Shown one piece after another: positions 1 to 10,205 of a stretch of DNA of 64,000 bases. The translations under genes were made by a program, and so were the position numbers. Numbering within the stretch: position 1 is the stretch's first letter; each line of letters starts with the position of its first letter. Source of the stretch: Parachlamydiales bacterium (GTDB lineage Bacteria; Chlamydiota; Chlamydiia; Chlamydiales; Parachlamydiaceae). The DNA lies in assembly GCA_020051075.1 (NCBI GenBank), contig JAGVJP010000120.1, forward strand, positions 1 to 64,000, in the 5' to 3' direction. The notes below the pieces were generated by a model. It was not told the DNA's origin. It made no database searches and worked only from the letters and a program-made list of their open reading frames with translations.

Positions 1-87
1 CCTATCTTGTTTTTCCCTCTGCGCCTCCCCGTCTCTCCGTTAAATTGTCCTCCTTTGCGTCTCCGTGCCTTTGCGTCTTTGCGTTTA
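1..87 (-). repeat. 9-nt periodic repeat cluster (CGCAAAG / CGGAGAG types), cut by window edge
   Basis: Minus strand reads TTAAACGCAAAGACGCAAAGGCACGGAGACGCAAAG...TTAACGGAGAGACGGGGAGGCGCAGAG; 50-85 matches 54269-54304 at 35/36 nt. Confidence 0.8.
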
Positions 88-149
88 ATAGAAGCTAAGG
101 ACCATTTTGTACTCACAGGCGTCATATGGCGTGAATAGTGGCGAGTAAG

Positions 150-656
150 TTAGAATTCGATGAGTTCGGTCCAGAGAGGATGTCTCCAACAAGCGATCAC
201 CTCATCGTTGCTCTTGACCTCAGCGAGATAAGTTAAGATCCCTCCCGTTTTGAAATAGTCTTCGTTGACGAGTTCGTAAAGATAAGAGCCTCCCACGAAG
301 AGTTTGCAGTTCGTGTCGATTGGCATCGTCAACTCTTCCTTTTCATTGTTACGAAAACGTATTGCCAGATGCAGCGTTAGAGGGAGTCCGCTCACTTCAG
401 ACGCTCTGAATTTCCATTGTACCAAGAGACGCTGTCCGATTGTCGGATGATCTAGTTGCGGATCAGGTGTCAGGACATGGTAGCTTGCAAGGCTTTCTTT
501 GGTGATAAATTGCGTTTGAACTTCGAGGTGATGCATCATACAGCTGCTGAGCATGAGGAGATGGATGACACCAAGCAGAGGGATAAAGAAAGAGAAATAA
601 CGAGACATATTTACATTCACTCGATGAGAGTAGGGACTTTTTACAACGTTTTCCAC
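150..656 (-). CDS. Hypothetical, probable lipoprotein
   Basis: Hydrophobic stretch ending LMLSSC (lipobox-like); follows DAHP synthase by 3 nt; true start may be downstream. Confidence 0.6.
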   Translation of the reverse strand: MENVVKSPYSHRVNVNMSRYFSFFIPLLGVIHLLMLSSCMMHHLEVQTQFITKESLASYHVLTPDPQLDHPTIGQRLLVQWKFRASEVSGLPLTLHLAIRFRNNEKEELTMPIDTNCKLFVGGSYLYELVNEDYFKTGGILTYLAEVKSNDEVIACWRHPLWTELIEF

Positions 657-659
657 AGA

Positions 660-1787
660 TTAAACAATGCCGCAGATGTCGATGGCTTCAGCAGCGGCAC
701 ATTGCTGCTGCTGTTGAAGGGTTACAGCCGCCCATTCGATCAGATGTGCAGTGGAATGCCAATCTAAGCAGCTATCTGTGATAGACACACCGTATTTGAG
801 CTGCGATACGTCAGTCGGGTGCATCTGTTTGCCGCTATGTAGGTGGCTCTCCAGCATGACGCCTCTGATCGCTGTATTTCCTTCTACGATCTGATTGATC
901 ACAGACTGAAAAACAGCTGGCTGTTTCTCAAATTTCTTTCCTGAATTCTGGTGAGAGCAGTCGATTAATAAACGAGCAGGGAGGCCGACGTGTTCTAAAC
1001 GGTTGATGAGGTGGGCGACTGATCCAGGATCATAATTCGGTCCAGATTCCCCTCCTCTTAGGACAACATGAGCATCATGATTGCCGGAAGTCTTCTTGAT
1101 GATCGGCTTGCCTTGAGGGCACAGTCCCATGTAGCGGTGTGGATGTGAGGCGGCTAAAGCCCCATTGACCGCAGCGGAGACATTGCCTGCGATCCCATTT
1201 TTAAATCCGATTGGCATTTCCAATGCTGAAGCAAGCTGTCGATGTGGCTGAGAAGAAGATGTTCTGGCACCAATCGATCCCCAGGTAATCAGGTCGTCAT
1301 AATAATAAGCAGAGATAGGATCTAGAAATTCTGTTGCGGTGGGGACTTCCATCGCCGCTAATTCGAGAAGGAGCTCTCGGGTCCACTCGATGCCTTGAGG
1401 GATGTTGTGCGAGCCATCGAGCAGAGGGTCGTAGAGAAATCCTTTCCATCCAGCAACAGAGCGCGATTTCTCAAAATAGGTGCGCATCACCAAAAAAAAC
1501 TGAGAAGAAACCGATGCGGCAAAGTCATGCAGGCGAGAGGCGTATTCTCTTGTTGAAATCTTGTCGTGGATAGAGCAGGGACCGACAATTAAAAGAAGAC
1601 GAGGATCGCTTCGGTTGAGGATGGCGCGAACGGTGTCTCGGCTTTTGTCGATAAATTGATGTTGCTTGAGGGATGGCCTTTGACGCGCTTTGTACTCTTC
1701 ATATGGGGGGAGATATTCCATAAGGTCCTGTGCTAAAAACTGAATTCTTTTGAACCGATGAACGGATACATTTTCTGATCGTAGCAT
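660..1787 (-). CDS. 3-deoxy-7-phosphoheptulonate (DAHP) synthase, class I alpha (AroF/G/H type)
   Basis: IVGPCSIHD, RTYFEK, IGART, GFKNG, DCSHQNS, YGVSITDSC motifs. Confidence 0.92.
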   Translation of the reverse strand: MLRSENVSVHRFKRIQFLAQDLMEYLPPYEEYKARQRPSLKQHQFIDKSRDTVRAILNRSDPRLLLIVGPCSIHDKISTREYASRLHDFAASVSSQFFLVMRTYFEKSRSVAGWKGFLYDPLLDGSHNIPQGIEWTRELLLELAAMEVPTATEFLDPISAYYYDDLITWGSIGARTSSSQPHRQLASALEMPIGFKNGIAGNVSAAVNGALAASHPHRYMGLCPQGKPIIKKTSGNHDAHVVLRGGESGPNYDPGSVAHLINRLEHVGLPARLLIDCSHQNSGKKFEKQPAVFQSVINQIVEGNTAIRGVMLESHLHSGKQMHPTDVSQLKYGVSITDSCLDWHSTAHLIEWAAVTLQQQQQCAAAEAIDICGIV

Positions 1788-2339
1788 ACCGTCATATTTA
1801 GGGAAATGTCTAATCAGAATGCCAAGTTGGCTTCTCTATCTTTTTTGTTTTTAATAGGTAATGTTAGTTATGTAAAATTTATTTTAATAAAAGAATCATG
1901 TGCATATACTGAAACTTCGATTGTACATTTTGCTCACAGAATATTTTTTTGTTCTAGAGTTCATATCAATACACTTAGCCAATCCATTGATCAAATGTTG
2001 TATCGATAAAGAGGTTCAGAGGAGTCCCTGAGAGAAAACCAGAGATTCCTTTACATGATCATCGTCGTTTGGGGGATGGATTTGTTACGTCTTTATGGGC
2101 TTATACGGGATATAAAGTGTTAGTCGAGATGACAGTTGAATCAGAAAAAGAAAGCAACAATAGTGAATGGAACACTGGAGCAAGTCTTGGAGTTGGGAGT
2201 TGGCAATTAGGCGCTTCTTTTGATCGATTGACAAGTAAGTTACACTCTAGAGTGGTTTCTAACATTACCCTTCATCGTGATTCTTTCGGAAATTCTTCTG
2301 TCGATCACATTACTATGCAATTGAGAACGTTAGAAGAAG

Positions 2340-2576
2340 TTGATTTTCAGCAAAACGGTATATTTGTCTAGAACTAGAGGTGGAAGGAAAGAGTTGCGAT
2401 TCAGCAAGAGTGGTCATCCACAAATTGAGAGTGCGTATCGAACCCATTACGTTTCTCCAACGTTGAGAGAACAGAACAAAATAGCAAATCTAGAAGAGCT
2501 TGTAGAACCCAAAGGTGCGACTGATATGATGGATGACTTAGGGGTAAAAAGGGCTTTAAAGATAGGGTTGGAATAG
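2340..2576 (+). pseudogene. Truncated paralogue fragment of the 2597-3326 gene
   Basis: TVYLSRTRGGRKELRFSKSGHPQIESAYRTHYVSP aligns with IIYYGKTKDQRALQFTKDGGADVERFFRMHYFSP; in-frame TAG just upstream. Confidence 0.55.
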
Positions 2577-2596
2577 TTATTATTGTTGGAGGTTTT

Positions 2597-3326
2597 ATGA
2601 AAAATCAAAATCAAAATCAAAGAGCGTGCGATTCAGGCTGCTGAAGTGGTACTAAATTACCAAGGTTATGTCTGCCCCATCGATGTTCTTGTGGGGATGA
2701 GGCTATTGGATCCAGCTCATGTGCAAGAATGGAAGCAAGGAAAAATTCCTTACTTGAAAGAAGGAATTTACTGTCATCCTGATAAATTCATTTTTGCGAT
2801 GCAGTGTTTCCAAGAATGGTTGAGCGAAAAAAGGCTTGAACCGAAGGAAATCATTTATTATGGAAAGACGAAGGATCAAAGAGCCCTGCAATTTACTAAG
2901 GATGGGGGTGCTGATGTTGAGCGTTTTTTCCGGATGCATTATTTTTCTCCCTCACTGACAGAAAAGGAGAAAGAGAATCTCACTGATAAGCTTGAGGAGT
3001 CTCCGGAACTCGTGGTGTTCTTGGTTGTGAAAGACACTCAATGCTCACAATGTCAAATAGAGTTGTCTAGGGGAAGTTTCTTATTTATGGAAGGACAAAC
3101 CCCCTTGTGCTTAGGCTGTGCTGGATTAGATCAGCTCGTTTTTCTTCCCAGTGGCGATCCTTTCCCCACCCGTCGTGCTAAGAAAAATAGTGTCAAATCA
3201 GCCGTTGTTCTCAAGTTCAACCGCAATCGAGGGCGTTATGAGCGGCAAGGGCTCCTTGTCGAAGAAGAGGCTTTCAACAAGCTGAAGTTGAGGCAGATAA
3301 TAAGAAATCTCGAAAGAAGGTATTGA
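2597..3326 (+). pseudogene. Hypothetical protein with CxxC..CxxC zinc-ribbon; frameshift near the 5' end (open frame from 2646)
   Basis: GGAGG-ATG at 2597 is one base out of frame with KIKERAIQAAEVVLNYQGYVCPIDVL...; shift lies in an (AAAATC)3 run. Confidence 0.55.
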
Positions 3327-3420
3327 AAGAATAAAGATGAGATCTAAAACATTTTGCTGAACGGATAGGCATCAAAGAAAGTTGATAATAACGATGACCT
3401 CTCTAAATTTTGGAGACTCC

Positions 3421-3537
3421 AAGCGACGTCGTCTCTCATTTCAAAAAAGTAACGCTGCTAGAGCCATTTCTTACCATCCCTCTTATCCTTCCCATCCTGT
3501 CAATTTTTACAGGATAGGAAAGATAAGGCAGGATAGG
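3421..3537 (+). repeat. 111-bp dispersed element, copy 1, ending in the CATCCTGTCAATTTTTACAGGAT hairpin and CAGGATA units
   Basis: 3421-3531 equals 36926-37036 with 5 mismatches. Confidence 0.9.
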
Positions 3538-3559
3538 TTGTTATTCAGGGGTTAATGGC

Positions 3560-3687
3560 TTGACGAAGTTATGAAAAAAGCCAAATAATGTAAGAAACTT
3601 ACGAAAAATCATAAGTTTCTTGCAGAAAATAAAGAGAATAGCTAAAATTATGTTAGATACTTACGGAAATCGTAAGTTTTAAACATA
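3560..3687 (+). promoter_or_regulatory. abiE promoter with two inverted-repeat operators
   Basis: TTGACG 3560 / AATAAT 3584; IR1 3589-3604 with 3609-3624 (14/16); IR2 3649-3665 with 3671-3687 (14/17); shared ACTTACG core. Confidence 0.7.
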
Positions 3688-3694
3688 TTTATGC

Positions 3695-4354
3695 TTGGTG
3701 AAGATGGACCCAAATTTTGAAAAATTGCTTCAGGATTGGCCGCTATGTGTGATTAGAGACATAGATATTGCTACGGTAATATCTGACAACGCTCCAAGGC
3801 GTTATGCAGCGGTTAATCGAGCCTTAAAGAAGGGTATCTTAGTCCGATTGCGGCGTGGTGTTTATTTAACTGGTAAACGATTCAGAAAAGTTTCACCAAG
3901 TAATTTCCAGATCGCACACACCATTTATGGTCCAAGCTACATTAGTTTTGAGTCAGCACTTTACTACCATCAGTGGATTCCAGAGGCTGTCTATACAACG
4001 ACATGTGCTACAGCAAAGCGATCGAGGGAGTTTGAAACACCGTTAGGTCTCTTTCGGTATACTCATGTTCCAAATCATCTCTGTTATTTAGGCATCCAAA
4101 GAGTGGGAAACAATGATGACGGGTTTTTTATGGCAGATCCTTGGAAGGCGCTTGCGGATCACTATTATGCTTACAACAGGAATTGGAATCGACCGGAAGA
4201 TCTTTATTCAGATATGCGAATTGAGATGGAAGATATGTTAGGGGGGGATTTGACAACACTCCAGCTTCTCGCTAAACACTATCAAAGCGATCGAGTTCGG
4301 AAATTTTTGACTAAGATACTGAGGAGCCTCACCGATGGAAATAAGAATTATTGA
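3695..4354 (+). CDS. Type IV TA antitoxin, AbiEi-like transcriptional regulator
   Basis: wHTH-like LVRLRRGVY, PSYISFESALYYHQWIPE; overlaps toxin gene. Confidence 0.85.
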   Translation: MVKMDPNFEKLLQDWPLCVIRDIDIATVISDNAPRRYAAVNRALKKGILVRLRRGVYLTGKRFRKVSPSNFQIAHTIYGPSYISFESALYYHQWIPEAVYTTTCATAKRSREFETPLGLFRYTHVPNHLCYLGIQRVGNNDDGFFMADPWKALADHYYAYNRNWNRPEDLYSDMRIEMEDMLGGDLTTLQLLAKHYQSDRVRKFLTKILRSLTDGNKNY

Positions 4355-5189
4355 AGAACGAATTAAGGAATATAAACCCAGTGGAAAAGAAGAAGAATTG
4401 AATGCTTTCAAAGAGATTACTCAAGAAATCATCTTATCAGCTTTGAGCCGTGCGGAATTTTTTAAGTACGCTGCTTTTCAGGGTGGTACCTGTCTTAGGA
4501 TTGTGCATGGTTTAAATCGATTTTCAGAAGATATGGATTTTGTGCTATTTCAACCTAATCCCGACTTTGAATGGAACCGTTTTTTTCATGAAATTGGCTT
4601 AGAATTCAGCGGCTATGGCCTCCGGCTAGAAGTCAAGGACCGATCAAAAGCCGAAGACATCATCAAAAAGGCGTTTCTTAAAGAAGACTCATTCGGTCAG
4701 GTATTAAAATTAATTTATGAAAGAACGCGTTCAGACGTTCAAGTGGTGAATATTAAGCTAGAAGTAGATACTCATCCTACCATGGGTTCGGATTTCGAAA
4801 CGAAAGTGATAAGATTTCCTGAACCTTTTTCAATTGTCGTGCAGAATCTCCCCAGTCTATTCGCGGGAAAAATCCATGCCCTTTTATGCCGTGAATACAT
4901 CAAAGGAAGAGATTGGTTTGATTTCGTTTGGTATATGACGCGAAATACTGAGATTAATTTATTGAACCTGCAAAATGCCCTCATTCAACAAGGACCCTGG
5001 AAGGGAATTATGTTGAATATTGATTATAATTGGGTGAGTGAAAAACTCAGAGAAAAAATTGAAACCATCAATTGGGACATTGCCAAAAAAGATGTGCAAC
5101 CGTTTCTACGGGAAAGGCAACAGCGCACGCTCGATTTGTGGAACAAAGAATTTTTTCTTGAGCTTACCAACTCTCTTCCGAGAGATTGA
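4335..5189 (+). CDS. Type IV TA toxin, AbiEii-family nucleotidyltransferase
   Basis: FQGGTCLR..RFSEDMDF, KIHALLCR..KGRDWFD motifs. Confidence 0.9.
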   Translation: MEIRIIEERIKEYKPSGKEEELNAFKEITQEIILSALSRAEFFKYAAFQGGTCLRIVHGLNRFSEDMDFVLFQPNPDFEWNRFFHEIGLEFSGYGLRLEVKDRSKAEDIIKKAFLKEDSFGQVLKLIYERTRSDVQVVNIKLEVDTHPTMGSDFETKVIRFPEPFSIVVQNLPSLFAGKIHALLCREYIKGRDWFDFVWYMTRNTEINLLNLQNALIQQGPWKGIMLNIDYNWVSEKLREKIETINWDIAKKDVQPFLRERQQRTLDLWNKEFFLELTNSLPRD

Positions 5190-5232
5190 TTGTTGAAAGA
5201 AACCCCTCATAAAAGTATGTACAGAAACGTAA

Positions 5233-6222
5233 ATGATGAACGAACTAACGCTAGCCCTTTCTCAGATTGCTGATGGGGAGGACAAAAGCTCTCCTCTAAA
5301 AAATCGGATTCGGAAAAATTACCGCCATATTCGCAAATGGGCGAAGCGCTCTGCAACAGATTGCTTCCGCATTTATGACCGTGAAATCAGGGAATACCCT
5401 CTTGCGATAGACTTCTATGCTGGACGTTTCTGTGTGCACTATTTTTTTCGTTCGAGCGATACTGAATACCTTCCGGAGAACATTATAGAAGAGGTGACAG
5501 AGGCGTTATGCTCCCTTTTCGGGACTGTGTCCGAAGCCATCTATTGGCGCGCTCGGATGAAAACTAAGCAAACACGGCAATATGAAAAAATCGATGAGTC
5601 GAAAGAGTTTTTTACCGTTCTTGAGTATGGGGTGAAATTTAAAGTCAATTTAGTCGACTATCTTGACACGGGACTTTTCCTCGATCATCGGGAAACGCGC
5701 AAAATCGTAGCATCGGTGTCCAAGGGGAAGCGTCTGTTGAATCTCTTTGCCTATACCTGTTCGTTTAGTGTCCATGCCGCCGTTGCTGGTGCACTCTTCA
5801 CCAAGAGTGTGGACATGTCAAACACTTACACAGCTTGGGGGAAAGATAATTTCATTCTCAACGGGATTTCTCTGAAAAATCATGAGGTGGTTCGCGCCGA
5901 TTGTCTGAAATTCTTGGATGAAGAAATTCACTCTGGAATCAAATACGATATTGTTGTGATCGACCCTCCCACCATTTCACGATCAAAAAAGATGGACCAA
6001 CTCTTTGATGTCCAGGTGGATTATGTTGCTCTCATCGCAAAGGGGCTGAAACTTCTCGATGCTGAGGGGGTGATCTTTTTCAGTACCAATTCGCGCCGCT
6101 TTATTTTTGACCATAGCCTTTTCAAAGAGTGTTCCATCGAAGAGATATCGGATAAGACAATCCCTCTAGATTTTCATGATCCAAAGATACACCGCTGCTG
6201 GAAGATAACTAAAATAACATAA
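5233..6222 (+). CDS. SAM-dependent rRNA methyltransferase (RlmK/RlmI-like)
   Basis: YLDTGLFLDHR, LNLFAYT, VDMSNTY, IDPPT motifs. Confidence 0.85.
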   Translation: MMNELTLALSQIADGEDKSSPLKNRIRKNYRHIRKWAKRSATDCFRIYDREIREYPLAIDFYAGRFCVHYFFRSSDTEYLPENIIEEVTEALCSLFGTVSEAIYWRARMKTKQTRQYEKIDESKEFFTVLEYGVKFKVNLVDYLDTGLFLDHRETRKIVASVSKGKRLLNLFAYTCSFSVHAAVAGALFTKSVDMSNTYTAWGKDNFILNGISLKNHEVVRADCLKFLDEEIHSGIKYDIVVIDPPTISRSKKMDQLFDVQVDYVALIAKGLKLLDAEGVIFFSTNSRRFIFDHSLFKECSIEEISDKTIPLDFHDPKIHRCWKITKIT

Positions 6223-6420
6223 TCTATTCTTCTGTTATACCCTCTTGAGGCCCCTTGTCCCTTGCTTTTAGGTTCCTTCTTATCAAGCCTGATCTGTATG
6301 AGTTTGAAACCTATTTTATAATAATGACTATATTGTTCTACCATTTAGATTATATTTATTTCTTGAACTCTATATCCAAATGATGATATAATACTTTTTT
6401 CTCTTAATCATGAGTAGGAT

Positions 6421-7857
6421 ATGGAACAATTTGACTTTGTATTAAATCAAATCAAAGATTGGATTTGGAGCGCTCCACTGTTATTCCTTCTGTTAGGGAC
6501 AGGAGTCTACTTGACTTTCTTGCTCAAGGGCGTCCAATTTCGTTATCTCGGCTACGCTCTCAAACAGGTGGTTGCCCGTCAGCGTGAAGATTCAAAAGGA
6601 GATATCAGCCATTTTGAGGCATTGATGACCTCTCTAGCCGGTGCGATAGGAACCGGAACAATTGTTGGGGTTGCTACAGGAATCACAGTTGGGGGATTAG
6701 GAGCAATTTTCTGGATGTGGGTCACCGCCCTTCTCAGTATGGCGACAAAATATGCTGAATCGCTGCTTGCTGTCAAGTATCGGGAGCAGGATAAGAAAGG
6801 GGAGATGGCTGGCGGTCCCATGCAGTATATTTCTAAGGGATTGGGCTGGAAGTGGATGGCCTCGTTATTTGCTGTTCTAGGCGTGATCGGTGCATTAACA
6901 ACAGGAAACTTAGTTCAAGCGAATTCGATTGCTGATGGAATTAATCACGTCTGGAAGGTCGACCCCCTTATCACGGGGACGATTCTATTTTTCTTGATTG
7001 CAGCCGTTGTTTTAGGCGGGGTAAAGACCATTGGCCAGGTGGCAGGGGTCTTGGTTCCAATGATGGCGCTCCTTTACATTGGAGCTGCTTGTTACATTAT
7101 TGCGGTTAATTTTTCCTATATCCCAGACGCTTTTATGTTGATTTTTCATAGCGCGTGGAATGGTCAGGCAGCAACGGGTGGATTTCTAGGTTCCACGATG
7201 GTGATGGCGATTCAGATGGGGGTGGCGCGGAGTGTTTTCTCTAACGAAGCTGGTCTCGGCATTTCATCGATAGCAGCAGCAGCAGCTCGGACGGATAGTC
7301 CTGCACGGCAAGGATTGATCACGATGACTGGCGCATTGATCTCTACGTTGATTATCTGTACGATGACAGGTTTGGTGTTAGCTGTGACAAGGGTTATGGG
7401 TGCGACAACAGAAGCTGGTGTTCCATTAAGCGGTGCTTCAATGGCGATTACAGCTTTTAATTCCCATATTTATGGCGGCGAATACATTGTCATCATTGGA
7501 TTAGTTCTTTTTGCTTACACAACGATTTTGGCATGGTGTTACTATGGAGAAAAATGTTGTGAATATCTATTTGGCTCTCGATTCATTATTGCCTATCGGT
7601 TGCTTTTTGCCTTGGTTGTCATTCCTGGAGCTGCACTGCAGATGCACACCGCTTGGCATTTTGCTGATATCAGCAATGGATTGATGGTGATTCCGAATCT
7701 TATCGCTTTGATTGCTTTGTCCCGGGTTTTAGTCAAAGAGACACAGACATTTCTCGAAGACACTGAAAATCAAAAGAATGCACAAGTCATTGTGGAAAAC
7801 AGCGGAACTGATGACGTTAGTTCTGTCAAACCGCTCCCAATAGGCACCGACGTTTAA
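6421..7857 (+). CDS. Sodium:alanine/glycine symporter (AGCS family)
   Basis: GTGTIVGVA, GAIFWMW, GGPMQY, FSNEAGLG; many TM segments. Confidence 0.93.
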   Translation: MEQFDFVLNQIKDWIWSAPLLFLLLGTGVYLTFLLKGVQFRYLGYALKQVVARQREDSKGDISHFEALMTSLAGAIGTGTIVGVATGITVGGLGAIFWMWVTALLSMATKYAESLLAVKYREQDKKGEMAGGPMQYISKGLGWKWMASLFAVLGVIGALTTGNLVQANSIADGINHVWKVDPLITGTILFFLIAAVVLGGVKTIGQVAGVLVPMMALLYIGAACYIIAVNFSYIPDAFMLIFHSAWNGQAATGGFLGSTMVMAIQMGVARSVFSNEAGLGISSIAAAAARTDSPARQGLITMTGALISTLIICTMTGLVLAVTRVMGATTEAGVPLSGASMAITAFNSHIYGGEYIVIIGLVLFAYTTILAWCYYGEKCCEYLFGSRFIIAYRLLFALVVIPGAALQMHTAWHFADISNGLMVIPNLIALIALSRVLVKETQTFLEDTENQKNAQVIVENSGTDDVSSVKPLPIGTDV

Positions 7858-7889
7858 CACCTCAAAGGGATGGAGCCCTTATCAATGCT

Positions 7890-10205
7890 ATGCAACAGTC
7901 TGTTTCTTCATCAGTGGTTGCGCCATGGGTTGCTCGTTTAGCACATGGCGCTCGTTGTTTATGGGTAATCAATCGATCGACAGGGACGATCACGTGGAAA
8001 CGTCGAGATGACTATTCCTGTTTCAGAGAGAAAAGCCATCTGACTTCAGTTTTTGAACAGATGTCAGCAGATTTAAGCAGGTCTCCATCTGCCGATCCAA
8101 ATGATCTAACACTTCTTTGCAAGCTCCGATCTAGGGTAATAAAGAAGTATCAGAGATATAACACAGTTCACTGCTGGCTCTATAAATGGTTATTCGCGGG
8201 TCAACTTGAGTCGACCTATCGCACCCTCCTTAACCGTATTGACACATCTCTTTACACATGCCTATCTTCTTGCCGTCAGGTGCCCGAATTAGGAAGGGTG
8301 AACGATCAAGAGAGGCTTTTTTCTCTCCTTATCGAACGAAATACTGCTGGGCAGCAAAATGAGAGTTTGTTTATTTTTTTAAGCCGTTATCCTCAATTTT
8401 TGAGTCGAGTTGAGACTGAAACGATACAGACAAACCTATCTAGAATACCTATTGCGAATCTTTCACAGCTTTCTCAAGTGCAAGTTGCGTCGATATTACC
8501 TACTATCAATGCTCCTCTTCCAGATGAGGGGCAAGGGAACACTTCTACATCTCCTTCTTCGAGGGATGCAAGCGCTTCATCTGAGTCACCTTCCTCGACT
8601 AGAGATCGGAATTCCCCTGGAGCGCAGCGGCTGCTTGCCATCGGGATCGCAAGGTTACACGAATTCGGCCTCCTGAGTCGCGTGAACTTGGAAATGTTTC
8701 ATCCTGATGAATTGATGCAATTTATTGGGGATCGGCAGGATTTAATCCCCAGCCTTATCGGGAGCATTGCTTCCTCACAAAATGAGAGTGTATTTGACTT
8801 TGCAGACCGTTTTCCTCAATACCTGAGCAGGATAACACCTGAAGCGATACAGGCCAACCTTTCTAGAATCCCTATTGCAAATTTATCGAACCTTTCTCAA
8901 GGGCAAGTCGCAGCGATATTGCCTCATATCAATGCTCCTGTTCTCAATGAGGCCCTTTCGCAGAGTGCAAGCTCTTCTGAACAGAATGCAAATCCTCCTT
9001 CGGGAGAAGCGAGTTCACCCTCGGAGAATGCAAACCCCTCTTCTTTGACCACTCATCGGAATTCTCCTGGAGCGCAGCGGCTGCTTGCCATCGGAATCGG
9101 AAAGTTGCATGAGTTTGGCCTCCTTGGACAAGTGCACTTGGGAATGTTTCACCCCGATGAATGGATGCTATTTATTGGAGATCGACAAGATTTAGTCCCC
9201 AATTTGATCGAAAGCAGCGCTGTTTTATCACTTGCGAGTGTGTTTAGCTTTACAGACCGTTATCCTCAATTTCTGAGCGACGTTCCTGTTCCTACCGTAA
9301 AGGCGAATCTTGCAAGGATACCAATCCAGAACTTTTCAAACCTCTCTCGGGAGCAGGTCGTCGAAATATTACCCATGATCAATGACCCAATTTTTGAAGA
9401 CGGTGGCATCAGTGTGTCTTCTTCTCTATTTAATTCTGCAATCTGGTCGGTTGGTCCGCGACGGTTGATTGCAATTGGGATAGCAAGATTGTACGAATTC
9501 GGCCTTCTTGGTCAAATCAACTTAGGGTTTTTTGATGACAATGAATTGATTCAGTTTATCAGTGGTCGAGGGGATTTACTCCCTCATGTGGAGTTTGGAG
9601 GACTAGAAGCAAGTCTACAACGAATACCAATACCAATGATCAGAGATTTTGAAGATACACTTTTGCAGCGATTTTCTCTTTCTTCATTGGGTGAAGAGAC
9701 AGTAAGAGAAATTGGGCTGTGGCGGTTTGCTCTTGAACAACTTGAACGACATTTTCGACAAAATCCCAATCTAATAAAGATGGTAGATAGATCGAGAATA
9801 ATGGCACTTGACGTCAGAACGTTGATGCCTTCGCTGATCGCTGTTTTGTATGATGATTTATCAGACTCTCAAACTAGAGAGATCAATTTGCACCACTTGC
9901 CAAAAGAAGAAATAGGAATCATTTTAGATGGAAAATACTCTCGGATCAAGCGGTTGGATGATTGGGGCGTCGCTCAAAACTATGAAAAACTTCCCGACGA
10001 GGCAAAGATAGTCATCTCTCAAGAATCCAATCACCAGAGCAGCGAGGCAACGGCAGCAGTCCCTCAAAGACTCAATCATTTTACAGCTAGTCAAATTCGT
10101 GCATTAGTTGCATATCGAAAGAGTATTACTGAAATAACTTCATTTCCAAGTAGCAGTTCTTCGACCACGACCAATTCTGACAGTTCTTCAAGTACGGGTC
10201 TTTAA
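7890..10205 (+). CDS. Hypothetical protein with three ~150-aa internal repeats and Ser-rich linkers; candidate secreted effector
   Basis: Repeated RYPQFLS..NL(S/A)RIPI.N.S.LS..QV..ILP.IN.P and RL(L/I)AIGI..L.EFGLL units; DNA repeat 8607-8650 vs 9057-9100. Confidence 0.7.
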   Translation: MQQSVSSSVVAPWVARLAHGARCLWVINRSTGTITWKRRDDYSCFREKSHLTSVFEQMSADLSRSPSADPNDLTLLCKLRSRVIKKYQRYNTVHCWLYKWLFAGQLESTYRTLLNRIDTSLYTCLSSCRQVPELGRVNDQERLFSLLIERNTAGQQNESLFIFLSRYPQFLSRVETETIQTNLSRIPIANLSQLSQVQVASILPTINAPLPDEGQGNTSTSPSSRDASASSESPSSTRDRNSPGAQRLLAIGIARLHEFGLLSRVNLEMFHPDELMQFIGDRQDLIPSLIGSIASSQNESVFDFADRFPQYLSRITPEAIQANLSRIPIANLSNLSQGQVAAILPHINAPVLNEALSQSASSSEQNANPPSGEASSPSENANPSSLTTHRNSPGAQRLLAIGIGKLHEFGLLGQVHLGMFHPDEWMLFIGDRQDLVPNLIESSAVLSLASVFSFTDRYPQFLSDVPVPTVKANLARIPIQNFSNLSREQVVEILPMINDPIFEDGGISVSSSLFNSAIWSVGPRRLIAIGIARLYEFGLLGQINLGFFDDNELIQFISGRGDLLPHVEFGGLEASLQRIPIPMIRDFEDTLLQRFSLSSLGEETVREIGLWRFALEQLERHFRQNPNLIKMVDRSRIMALDVRTLMPSLIAVLYDDLSDSQTREINLHHLPKEEIGIILDGKYSRIKRLDDWGVAQNYEKLPDEAKIVISQESNHQSSEATAAVPQRLNHFTASQIRALVAYRKSITEITSFPSSSSSTTTNSDSSSSTGL

